Shown in pieces: positions 25,255 through 37,637 of a stretch of DNA of 59,572 bases. The first letter of the stretch is position 1. Every line of letters starts with the position of its first letter. Both the position numbers and the translations under genes were made by a program. The notes under the pieces were generated by a model that worked only from the letters and a program-made list of their open reading frames with translations, did no database searches and had not been told where the DNA came from. Source of the DNA: Octopus sinensis (lineage: Eukaryota); NCBI RefSeq assembly GCF_006345805.1, contig NW_021832991.1:1-59572 (forward strand). Direction: 5' to 3'.

Positions 25255-25287
<33 letters not shown>

Positions 25288-25352
25288 GAAGAGAGAGAGA
25301 AAGAAAGAATGAAAGAAAGAATGGGAGAAAGAAAGAAAGAACGAAGGAAAGG

Positions 25353-25384
<32 letters not shown>

Positions 25385-25662
25385 AAGAAAGAAAAGAAGA
25401 AAGAAAGAAAGAAAGAAAGGAAGGAAGGAAGGAAGGAAGGAAGGAAGAAAAAAGAAAGAAAGAATGGAAGATAGAAAGAAAGGAAGGAAGAAAGAATGGA
25501 AAGAAAGAAAGAAAGAAAGAAAGGAAGAGAGGAAGAAAGAAAGGAAGAAACAAATAGATAAAGAAAGGAAGGAAGGAAGAAAGAAATAAAGAAATAAAGG
25601 AAGAAAGAAAGGAAGGAAGGAAGGAAGGAAGGAAGGAAGGAAGGAAAGGAGGAAGGAAGAAG
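24940..25662 (+). repeat. ~720-bp polypurine (GAAA/GGAA)n tract
   Basis: Almost purine-only on the plus strand. Confidence 0.95.
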
Positions 25663-25919
25663 CATATCGCTGTCTATTCTACACTACCTGACCAAAAATC
25701 CGAAAGTTATACTTTGTTTTTCAGAATGGCAGTGTATCAAAGTTCTGTGTACTTTTGTGGCTGCTGTTGTTTCTATGTGTCTCAGAATATTAAAATATAC
25801 ACTATTATATACTATTATAGACACACACAGACACATACACACACACATACACACGCACACACATGCACACACACACACACATATACGCACACATATTATA
25901 TGTGTTATATAATATATAT

Positions 25920-26052
25920 TATTTGCCAACATAATGTGGCTGTCCTGGAAGGGACAATTTTTACTGTTGTTTAACCTCAGGAAACATCGTTCTGGGGCTA
26001 AACAACAGTAACATTCGTCCCTTCCAGGACAGCCACATTATGTTCGCAAATA
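25920..26052. mobile_element. ~130-bp hairpin, MITE-like, flanked by TA
   Basis: aacataatgtggctgtcctggaagggac / gtcccttccaggacagccacattatgtt perfect 28-bp inverted repeat; pairing continues inward (ttactgttgtttaacctcag / ctggggctaaacaacagtaa). Confidence 0.75.
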
Positions 26053-26488
26053 GTCTTTACTTTAAATAACTGTTACTGAATATCTCTCTTTGAGAGATTT
26101 AGAAATAATAATGCTTCGATTTATAACATATATTTTACATGTAGTATAAATTTCGAGGTCAAATGAAAGTACTTGGGTCGATAAAAATCACTCTAAACAC
26201 TTACATGCAATAAAATCAACTACCTTAATACAAACGGCTACTGGTAGTTTCGTGAAATTATGTCATAGTTACATAAGAACTCTTATATCATTCTTTCCGT
26301 GAGGTAGATAAGATTTTCTCAAAATCCTGATGAGTGTTTTGTGAGATATGATCCATAGCCGATGGTACTAAAACAACTTAGGAATTGACTAGCTGGTCAC
26401 AGAATAACTTAATTCTGAAGCAGTTGTAACCCTATGTACACATTTAATTCTTTTGCCGCTCACATTTCTTGGTTTTTGAATATGTGTG

Positions 26489-26524
<36 letters not shown>

Positions 26525-26783
26525 TAGGGAGAGTTCACGAAAAAAACAAAAGACGAAGACAGGTGGTGTAGAAAACAAAACCGATGTATTAGTATAACGC
26601 TAAGGAATTGAAAACTTCTTTTACGTTCTGAGCCTACGCTCTTCTATGGAAAGGAACACAGAAAGAAACAAGGAGAGAAAAAAATGAGTGTAGTGGCTAC
26701 CGATCTATCATGGTGACTGCCGGACAGAAAGGTCACACAGGGGAACGAAGAAGTAGGGGGGATAACAAAGTAAAGATGATCCC

Positions 26784-26790
<7 letters not shown>
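26525..26790 (-). mobile_element. PLE-like terminal-repeat fragment with HHR-like cassette at 26618-26653
   Basis: Reverse complement closely matches 53930-54150 and 37320-37490. Confidence 0.7.
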
Positions 26791-26820
<30 letters not shown>

Positions 26821-26824
<4 letters not shown>

Positions 26825-27169
26825 AAACAAATCAAAGTAGAAAATGCTAAAATAATTTTATAAAAAAAACATTTCAGTACCGGTTTCAGTCATTGAGACT
26901 TTTCAACTGTAAGTATGGAAAACAATTAAATTTTGGAAAAATCAAAAGAAAAGATTTTAAAAGAATATTTGCATAGTATTCAATACAAGGGGCATCTTTC
27001 TTGTTTCTGCCTGTCTCTGTCTCTCTTGTTTATTCTTGGGGGTTCCATACTTACAGTTGAAAAAGTCGCAATGACTTAAACCGGTACTGAAATGTTTTTT
27101 ATAAAATTATTTTAGTATTTTCTACCTTGACATTTGTTTTCTATATATATCAACTCGTGCGTTCCTTTT

Positions 27170-27220
<51 letters not shown>

Positions 27221-27570
27221 AAACAAATCAAAGTAGAAAATGCTAAAATAATTTTATAAAAAAAACATTTCAGTACCGGTTTCAGTCATTGAGACTTTTC
27301 AACTGTAAGTATGGAAAACAATTAAATTTTGGAAAAATCAAAAGAAAAGATTTTAAAAGAATATTTGCATAGTATTCAAATACAAGGGGCATCTTTCTTG
27401 TTTCTGCCTGTCTCTGTCTCTCTTGTTTATTCTTGGGGGTTCCATACTTACAGTTGAAAAAGTCGCAATGACTTAAACCGGTACTGAAATGTTTTTTATA
27501 AAATTATTTTAGTATTTTCTACCTTGACATTTGTTTTCTATATATATCAACTCGTGCGTTCCTTTTCAAA
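26821..27570. mobile_element. Tandem duplication of a ~350-bp fold-back unit, each arm with a degenerate HHR
   Basis: Units 26821-27172 and 27217-27570 almost identical; each has ~100-bp inverted arms; HHR-like motifs at 26875-26909 (-) and 27054-27089 (+), repeated in unit 2. Confidence 0.8.
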
Positions 27571-27588
27571 TATATATATATATATATA

Positions 27589-27629
<41 letters not shown>

Positions 27630-27631
<2 letters not shown>

Positions 27632-27850
27632 TTTTCTACTAAAGGCACAAGGCCCAAAATTTTGGAGAAGGCGTCTAGTCGATTTCATCGACTCCAGTGT
27701 TTCACTGGTACTTAATTTATCGACTCCGAAAGGATGAAAGGCAAAGTCGACCTAGGCGGAATTTGAACTCAGAACGTTGCGGCAGATGAAATACCGCCAA
27801 GCATTTCGCCCGACGTGCTAACGATTCTGCCAGCTCACCGCCTTTAGAAT
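27630..27850 (-). mobile_element. SINE family A
   Basis: Reverse-complement family A sequence. Confidence 0.8.
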
Positions 27851-28087
27851 TGGCAGTAATAATAACGTGGACAATAATAATGTTAGTGGTGATAATGATG
27901 ATGATGATGAGGAGGAGGATTGTATGTATATGTATATATATGTATGTGTATGTATATAAATGCGAATAATTTATACACACACGCGCTCGCACACACACAC
28001 ACACGCACGCACAGACATGCACACGCACAATATTAAGATACATATATATATACATACACACAAATGCATACATGCAAGTATGCATAC

Positions 28088-28171
<84 letters not shown>

Positions 28172-28799
28172 GATTAGATAGATAGATAGACTGACAGACA
28201 TGAATACCCGATATAAATGCATATGTATTATACATATATACTCTGCACGAATACACACACATACATAAACATATATATATATGCACACGCGCACACACAA
28301 ACAGACACACTGTCTCTCTTTCTCTCACACAGACACTCAATCACACACACACACGCATGTATATACATACAATCCCATATAGATATGCAGGTGTTCCTGT
28401 CGTCAAACGTTCGGGCTTCGATCCTCCAGGCTCAACTTCCTGCTCAAGTTAAGACTCACAATATATTTTTACATACACGCATACATAAATACACACACAC
28501 ACACTCCCCCCCCACACATGCACACACATACGCATACACACACACACATACACACACACACATACACACACACACATACACACACATACATATATTTCTT
28601 TTTGTGCGATGAGACTGATTTTGTTTATATATAATGTCTTTTTTATTGTTGTGCTCTCTCGTACGTACATGAATATTTAATGGAATAGTGTCAGATGATT
28701 AGCAGCACGGCTACAATGATGGCAAGAACGATGTAAATGATGATGATAATAAAATACCCCACCACCATAATACCGCTGTTGTTCTTGTAGGTAATAGCA

Positions 28800-29048
28800 A
28801 TAATAATCTTTTCTATTATAAGCACAAGGCCTGACATTTTTTATCATAGGTGGTTGGTGGATTTCATGGACCCCCAATACTTAACTGGTAATTATTTCAT
28901 CGACCCTGGAAGAATGAAAGGTTGATAGCGGTGGAATTTGAACTCAGAAAGTAATGACAGAGAAAAAAAAAATGCTTAGCGGCTTTTTGTCGGATGCCAA
29001 CAATTCTGTTAGCTCGCTAATAATAATAATGATGATGATGATGATTAT

Positions 29049-29092
<44 letters not shown>

Positions 29093-29305
29093 TGATGATA
29101 ATAATAATAATAATAATAATATAATAATAATAATAATAATAGTTTCTACTGTAGGCAGAAGGCCTAGAATTTGAGGGAAAGGAGATAGTCGCTCACATTG
29201 GCCCCAGTACTCGACTGGTACTTAATTTAGGCCCCGAAAGGATGAAAGGCAAAGTCGACCTCGGTGGAATTTGAACTTAGAACGTAGCGGCAGCCGAAAT
29301 ACCGT
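28800..29305 (-). mobile_element. Two SINE family A copies separated by (AAT)n
   Basis: Family A blocks at ~28800-29020 and ~29135-29305. Confidence 0.7.
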
Positions 29306-29323
29306 TAATAATAAAAAAAATAA

Positions 29324-29406
<83 letters not shown>

Positions 29407-29408
29407 TA

Positions 29409-29484
<76 letters not shown>

Positions 29485-29486
<2 letters not shown>

Positions 29487-30042
29487 GCCCTGACGATGTA
29501 CCAAGTAGTAGCACCCTTGGCATATGAACTTAACTGACTGGAAGTGTTCTCATGTACATTTTTTGTAGTGGTGTAAAATAGATGGCATGCAGCAAATATT
29601 TTTATCAATACCACAGATGGGCTTGTCAGTTGTTTGACCTTAACCAGTTGAGCATGTCCTTTGGTGGCCGATGATATGTACATCTCTGGTCACGAGCAGG
29701 AGTAGTGGGGGAGCATCGTAGCCATATGTTGAGAGTAATTCTTTGGGATTTGAATAATTCATCTCTGGAAACTTTGGTGTCTCGATCAACACCCTTAAAC
29801 AACCTTTATTCAGAGACCTTTTGAGCGGGATGGGCTGCTTGAGCTGAAGAAAATTCTACCTGGATCCCACCTGCAAGCTCATGCGCTGTTTATGTTGACA
29901 TAAGATCACCATGTCGCGCACATATGGTTGTGATGCATGTGCCTGGGGTACGCTAATCAAACAGGCAGTCATAATGGGTATATCGGGCTTCGTATATTTG
30001 TAGCCCAGTGTCACTTTGATGGCATGCACTGCTCTCACTCAA
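29485..30042. mobile_element. Dispersed non-coding repeat, copy 2 (longer), embedded in (TAA)n
   Basis: Homologous to 23393-23851 with ~100 bp extra at the left; (AAT)n on both sides. Confidence 0.8.
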
Positions 30043-30104
30043 TAATATAATAATAATAATAATAATAATAATATAATAATAATAATAATAATAATAAAAT
30101 AATG

Positions 30105-31000
30105 CTGATGATGATCCTTTCTACTATAACCATATAATTTGAAGTAAGATGTAGAAAGCTGGAAGAATGACAAGAAACTACTGACAGCATACCGAAACCA
30201 CCACCCTGAAGCAGATATAAATTGGCTATACCTATCCTACACATAAAGAGAGCGTGACCTGACACAAATAAAAAAGAATTATTTTAAATAACAAGAGTTG
30301 TACTGCACAAATACTTAACAGCATGTAGTGGAAGACTCATAAATGTAGTATAAAGAATCATTAAAAAAGGCTCTTCTCTAAACACACAAAAAAGCGATAA
30401 AATACAAGGCAGAAATAGGATATACGACAGAAATGGTTCAAATGGTATAACGAGAAAGTAACATGGAAACAAGAGTATAAAGCATACTCAAGAAGAAGTG
30501 AATTGAAAACCAATCTACGGCTAATACCGTGCAAGGCTCGATAGAAAAGTAGGGCAAAGTGTAACCTAACAATGCTACGGTCTAAAAGAAGAACAAGGAA
30601 CAAGACTGATTTTTTGCTGCACAAGTTCAATATCTGGTCACAAATATTCATAGGAATAAAATATTGAAATCAGAATACCAAATTCAGAATATGCAGGCAG
30701 TACGATGAAACTGTTGATCACACCATCACTTGTTGCCTACTCCTTGCCAAAATCTGAATATACATGTTTGATCCTGTTGGCAAGAACATTCACTGGGCAA
30801 TATGCCAACACGTTGGTGTGAAAATGAACAAGGAGTGCAAACATGTACTAAAGACAGTACATGACAATAACCTGCCTTGTCCTGGTTGACAAAGATATGG
30901 TCACGGGCCGTCGAAACATAATAAACGACTGTAAATCAAAAACATGCACACTATATGTCTATATCTTTTGATAGAATTATTGCAACATAGTAAGTTACAA
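30105..31000 (+). mobile_element. Degenerate R4/Dong-like non-LTR retrotransposon fragment (post-RT to CCHC)
   Basis: Broken frames give 'KLLTAYRNHHPEADINWLYL', 'QYDETVDHTITCCL' and 'IHWAICQH'. Confidence 0.65.
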
Positions 31001-31149
31001 AACATAGTAGGTTAAATTGAAGACTTTGCCTTCCATCCTTTCAGAATCGATAAATTAAGCACCAGTTGCGTACTGGGGATCGATCTAATCGACTGGCCCC
31101 CGCCCCAAAAATGTCGGGCCTTGTGCCTAAAGTACAAAAGAATATCTAT

Positions 31150-32270
31150 GAACATGTATTATTATTACGCTAGTGCATGCTAATTTTGCTAGCAGGTATT
31201 TTATAATGAGGTTTGGTGACAAGTTTCCTCAAATCTCGAGAATCTTTCTTAGGATTCTTACAGAATATAGAATGGTACTTTTTCTGCAGGTCAACAACGT
31301 AAGTTTCAATTCTATTTTCTTTCAGTATTTTGGTTAGGATTTGGAGTATTGTGCCAAGTGCGTCAATTACTACGGGAATAATTGATGTCTTGATCATCCA
31401 CAATCTCTTTAGCTCTCTGGCTAGGGTCTGATATTTCTCAATGCTATCTGTTTCTTTGATATCGACTCTACTATTACAGGGAATTGCAAAATCTGTCCTT
31501 ACACTGTTTGTTTATTTTGTCCTCTATAATCATATCTAGTTTCCTTGCTTGAATAGTATGGCAAGTCCCACAAGTTCTTGTAATTCTCATTTTCTATCAC
31601 AGCCTCTGGTTTGTGTTCATACCACCTTTCTATTGTTTCGAAGCCACACACACGGCTAACAACCCAATGCACTTTTTTGCTCACAGAGTCATGTCGGCGC
31701 TTCTACTTTTTGCCTAAGGGCTTGTATCTGAGCGGCTATAATTAGGGTTTCTGTCTGTCGTTTCAAGTCCCCATTCGTCAACCAAGTTCAGCTATCTTCT
31801 AACATTCTCGGGTTGTTGTAAGAATTGGCCATGTAATTCGATTTCTCTCCATTTGTTTATTTTCAAAATCATCCTTTTTCTTTTTGAATTCTCCTGATTC
31901 GGTCACGTTTTGGGTATCTCTGGCAGCCGATAACATTCTTTCTTTACTCTGCTCAACGTAATTTTTCAGACCCAGTATCGCATTACAAACAGTATGTTCT
32001 GCATTTAGGAATCTTTTGTACATTCCTTTCTTGGTAGGAAGACTCGCTCGGTAATTTAGGATGGAGTGTGCTGTGCATTATGAGCATTTTCAACGCACAT
32101 CCTATTGCTCAACCTTTGTTCATTTCAGAAAAGGAGCAGTGTATCTTAATATTCTCATAGCCTATGTTGTTATGGCTTTAATGACGTTCCTTCTATTTAG
32201 TTTTGTTTCGAACACCTTCCTAATTCTCTTCAAGTACTCATTTCTCCTTCCATTATCCTATCGCCAGTGA
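31150..32270 (-). mobile_element. Degenerate R4/Dong-like element 3' half (RLE endonuclease region)
   Basis: ORF pieces 'VHWVVSRVCGFETIERWYEHKPEAVIENENYKNLWD' and 'IIPVVIDALGTI...DLQK'. Confidence 0.75.
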
Positions 32271-32829
32271 TGGCTCGTGGTTTAGTGGTTAGGGTATTCG
32301 GCTCATGACCGTAAAATCGTGAGTTCAATCCCCTCCCCCAAATTTCAGGCATTGTGCCTATAATAGAAAGAATTATTATTATTATTATTATTATTACTAA
32401 TATTTTATCGGGATTGATAAAGTAAGTACTAGCTGATCACTGGGGTTGATATAATTCGATTTACCCAATTCCCCGAAATTGCTGGCCTTTTGTCAAAATT
32501 TGAAACCAATATTTGTTTCGGTTCTTTACCTTCCGAGTTCAAAATTCCTTCCGGGGTCGAATCTCTCTTTCAAATCTTTCCGGAGTCGTAAAAATAAAAT
32601 ACGAGTCAAGCCCTGAAGCCAATATAATCAGCTCAACCCTACCCACTCCCATGTGGCTAAATTAGACATGATCATGTTTTGAAATTATTATCATTCATTA
32701 AAGTTACTAATTATTAATGTTAGAGATGAATGTCGTTGACGTTATTGTCGAGACATTAATTTAGTTCTGCTCGCGGTAAAGAACTACTCCAATCCTTTTC
32801 CACTGTCAATAATACTCCTACAACCGCTG

Positions 32830-32867
32830 CCATCATATCCACCACCACCCACCATCACCACCACCAA

Positions 32868-32918
<51 letters not shown>

Positions 32919-33021
32919 CACCACCACCACTACCACCACCACCACCACTACCACTACTACTACTACTACTACTACCATCACCACCACCACCACCACCACC
33001 ACTACCACCACCACCACCACC

Positions 33022-33063
<42 letters not shown>

Positions 33064-33098
33064 GCTACTGCTACTAATACCACCACCACCACCACTAT

Positions 33099-33170
<72 letters not shown>
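32830..33170. repeat. (CTA)n/(CCA)n microsatellite
   Basis: Directly visible. Confidence 0.95.
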
Positions 33171-33174
<4 letters not shown>

Positions 33175-33588
33175 TACACATTCATCACATTAGCCATCAC
33201 AATTATCGCCTCTACATTAATACAGCCAAAACCTATAGCATTTCTTCTCCCAGCTCCAACACCATCATCTATATCACTTCTAACGCTACAGTACCACTTA
33301 CACTAGCGCCAGTACTTCTACTGCTTGTTGTAACAGAGGCGGCGTTGATTTTTCTGCTACAAGGCATCAACCAGTATAACAATCATAACCACCACCACAC
33401 CACCACACCACCACCACCACCACCACCACCTCCACCACCGCTACCAAGACCAACATCATAGCAATTCTGCTTCCTGCTGCAACTAATGTAGCATTCAGTC
33501 CAGTGCATCTATGCAGCTGCCCTTTTCTTTTTTCTCAATACCAGATCATCATCAGCAGCAGCATTGTCATCATCGTCGTCGCCATCGT

Positions 33589-33627
<39 letters not shown>

Positions 33628-33904
33628 TATCATTATAAATTACTTTTACCATCAAAACGAGTCGCTCATCCCCTACATACACACCAATACCATTATCCTC
33701 ACCACCACCACCACCACTACTCATTACTTCACTTCAATCTTTATCCCGAGTACACACATACATAGTCTCATAAGGGCGCACACACACACAGATATAAGTG
33801 CACACGCACTAATGCATGCCTCTGAAGAGACGGCCGTGCACGGCACATTAAACGATGTTACACACACATACACACATACACACACACAAACACACGAGTA
33901 TATG

Positions 33905-34087
33905 TATATACATATATATATATACAATGGGCTTCTTTCAGTTTCCGTTTACCAAATTCTCTGACAAAGCATTGGTCGGCCCGAGGCTATAATAGAAGAC
34001 GCTTACCCAAGGTGCCACGCACTGGGACTGAACCCGGAACCGATTGGTCGGGAAGCAAATGTCTTACTATACAGCCACTCCTGCGCC
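33905..34087 (-). mobile_element. SINE family B, 5' half
   Basis: Head ggcgcaggagtggctgta... through aaactgaaagaagccc. Confidence 0.8.
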
Positions 34088-34101
34088 TTTATATATATAT
34101 G

Positions 34102-34142
<41 letters not shown>

Positions 34143-34186
34143 TATATATATATAATCTTTATACACATACACACGCTTACACAGAC

Positions 34187-34218
<32 letters not shown>

Positions 34219-34251
34219 GCATATATATATATATATCTTTATACACGCACA

Positions 34252-34304
<53 letters not shown>

Positions 34305-34968
34305 GCATACACATACGCATGAGAGGTGTGCACCCAACTCTATATCCTCCTCACGCGATCACTCTAGCCAGTATCTCGTTCATGTAATGACACATGCACG
34401 CACACACATACACACACACACACACACTCGCACACACATACACACACACACACACGTACGCGCACATATACGCGCACGCACACGCACACACACACACATA
34501 CATACCATACACACACACACACACACACACTCACGCATATGCGCACAGAAGTGCACTGATGCACACAGCCAACATCAATGACAACACTTCTAAAAGCTAC
34601 GACCACAAACACTACCGCAGCTACCACCATTGATAACTCTTAATGTCACCACTACCACCACCATCACTCGTACCACCTGGATCTTATCTTCATCACTATC
34701 AACACCATTATCTCTCTCTCTCTCTCTCTCTATCTATCTCTCCCTCTCTTTCTCTCTCACTCACTGTCATCACCTCTATGACCACCACTACTATAATAGT
34801 TTATTAGCCGCTACCACCACCACCACCACCACCACCACCACCACCGCCACCACCACCATCACCACCACCACTCTGCTCTCTGCTCTCTATCAGCCACACT
34901 GCCTATACTACCGTCACCATCACATTTACAACGCCTAATGTATATACCATCGCTCTTCACTGAGGCAG

Positions 34969-35028
<60 letters not shown>

Positions 35029-35234
35029 AATTATTGCTGCTGCTGCCGTTGCTGTCGCTTATAGAAATACTGTGACCAACACTACTACAACTACAACTGC
35101 TACTCCTACTCCTGCTACCACCACGACTTCTGCCAGACCTACCTCTACTACAGATAGACTACAACTACAACTGCAACGAGCTAAACGAAAATTGCTGCTA
35201 CTGCTGCTGCTGCTGCTATTACTACTACTACTAT

Positions 35235-35278
<44 letters not shown>

Positions 35279-35445
35279 GTACTATCATTGCTTCTGTTAC
35301 TGCCACAAATACTATAATAATCAATGTTACTACTACATCTACTACAACTACTGTTTACTACTAATTACTACTACTACTACTACTACTACCACGTCAACTA
35401 CTGCTGCTGCTACTACTACTACTACTACTACTACAGCTGCTGCTG

Positions 35446-35487
<42 letters not shown>

Positions 35488-35859
35488 TCATTACTACCAC
35501 CTCCACTACCACCAACTATCAGCACCACTAACAAAAGCAACCACAACGTTACAAATTAGTTTCACCACCACCACCAGCAGCTTCAACAGCAGATTCACTA
35601 AACATCAGCAAAGACGCTACCACAGGTCAAGAAAAGTGTCGTTATGTGGTCGCCTGATCGGTTAGAAATAGAAGCAAATTGTCCCTCAAAACACGTTTTA
35701 TAGTCCTAAATAAAGAAGGTTGATGAAGATTGCTAGATATACTATATCCAAAGATAAGACAAAACGGTCGTGGATGGAACTCTGTTGATCACAGGTTAGC
35801 TAAGTCAATGGTGACCCAGGACTAAGCAATCGCAACAGCAATATCAGTTGAATCATCAC

Positions 35860-36220
35860 CACCACCTCTCCGCACTGGCCATTAATATCACTCTGACCTT
35901 AGACCCCCTTCGGTCACGAATGACAACGGGATTGCACCTAGAAAGTTCCCCTCCGAGGCACAAGTCCGGGCAAGGTTATTTATAGGAGACCAGCAGTCGC
36001 CCATGCATACCATTCTCCCCTCTCCACGTCACCGATGTTATCCAAGGGAAAGGCAAAGGCCGATACAGCTTAGCACCAATGACGTCGCAACTCATTTCTA
36101 CAAATGAGTGAACTCGAGCAACGTGAAATAAAGTGTCTTGCTCAAGAACGCAACACATAGCCCAATCCGGGAATCGAACTCACTACTTCATGATCGTAAG
36201 CCCGATGCCCTAACCACTCA
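35860..36220 (-). mobile_element. SINE family C with extended 3' tail
   Basis: tRNA-like head at ~36160-36220, conserved 'gtgttgcgttcttgagcaagacactttatttcacgttgctc' body; tail may be LINE-derived (inference). Confidence 0.7.
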
Positions 36221-37089
36221 CTATTACAACAATCACCACCACGATCACTACTACCACCTTCAACACGTTGTCTTTCCTGACAGGTAGGCCTCTTGATCAA
36301 GACGGATTTCTGCATTAGTGGGGGTAACTTATAAGGTCTCGATAAACGATGTTTTTTTTTTTTATTATTTTACCATTTTAACAACAACACTACTATCATG
36401 AATAATCAAGGGAAGTATCCTGTTTGCACTCACTCGTTCTACAAGAAATAACAGACAAATCTCTCAAATTATCCTACCTTATTTTAAGAGGTATGCAGTT
36501 CCAGAAAATAAGATAGGATGCAAATCTTTTTGGTTGCTGGCACAGACTAGGAAATTTTAACCAGTTCAAATTTTTCAAATTTGCTATATTGAGGTAATTT
36601 TTCACGCTGAATGCAAATCTGAGATTCATTTATTCCAGAAAACAATTATGAAAATGTTACGGAGTTCAAATTTGATCGTTTTTTAGTCAATCAGAAAACA
36701 GGAATCAGCGAGCTCTCTGTCACGAAATGATTCTCGTCAAAACTTGTGGTCGCGCTGGTAAAAGTGTCGCAGTCATGCGCGTACAGCGTCCTTGTTAGAA
36801 TAATATCTAGGCAGACTAGAGGTTTGCTTGTTACTATAGAAACAGATACTAATATGAGATTTACGCTCGTGTATATAATGGTGGCTTTCGATTGAACATT
36901 TTAAAATCTATTAACTTTTATTTTCAATTTCTGGCAAAAATTTTATTTTATTTTCCTACAAAATGAAATCTGTAAACCAATTATGAAAACAACTGGAACA
37001 AAATTAGAAAAACTATTAAATCTGTGACACCAACCGAAAAAATCCAAGTATAATCATGATGTCTTCATGTATTTATTGTCCTACTCCAT

Positions 37090-37490
37090 AAGGGCCTACA
37101 TGGAGCTTTCATCTACAACGGCTGCTTTCATCTACATCATCTACTGCATCTCCTGCTCTATCTCTCTCTCTGTCCTTCCTTCTCTATACATTGGTCAAAC
37201 GGGACGCTGCTTAGCTGACCGGTTGGCATGCGCACCTTTTTGAGATCACCACTACTTTATTATCACCTCATCTTCCTAGCTCTCTTGTGTGATCCCTCAG
37301 TCCGGCTTTCGCTATGATAGATCACTAGCCACTAAACCTTTTTTGTATTTTCTCTCTCTGTTTACTTCTGCATTCCTTTCTGTCGAAAAGCGTTGGCTCG
37401 AAACGTAAAAGACTTTCTCACTTCCCGAGCGTTAAACTAATATATCTGTTTGTTGTTTACACATCCGTCTTCGTCTTTTGTATTTTGTAA
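37090..37490 (+). mobile_element. 3' end of a Neptune-like PLE: GIY-YIG remnant and terminal repeat with HHR-like cassette at 37376-37411
   Basis: 'IIYCISCS...CPSFSIHW/LYIGQTGRCLADR' approximates the IYCIxCxxC...YIGQT GIY-YIG signature. Confidence 0.7.
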
Positions 37491-37498
37491 AGTCTTGC

Positions 37499-37536
<38 letters not shown>

Positions 37537-37553
37537 GTGTGTGTGTGTGTGTG

Positions 37554-37594
<41 letters not shown>

Positions 37595-37606
37595 TGTGTA
37601 TGTATG

Positions 37607-37637
<31 letters not shown>

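Noticed and set aside
24835-25665. 276-aa and 228-aa hydrophobic ORFs that look like membrane proteins
   Set aside because: Reverse translation of the (GAAA)n tract.
26240-26400. CTGATGAGTG on plus and GAAACTACCAGTA on minus
   Set aside because: The two half-motifs are on opposite strands and neither has its partner.
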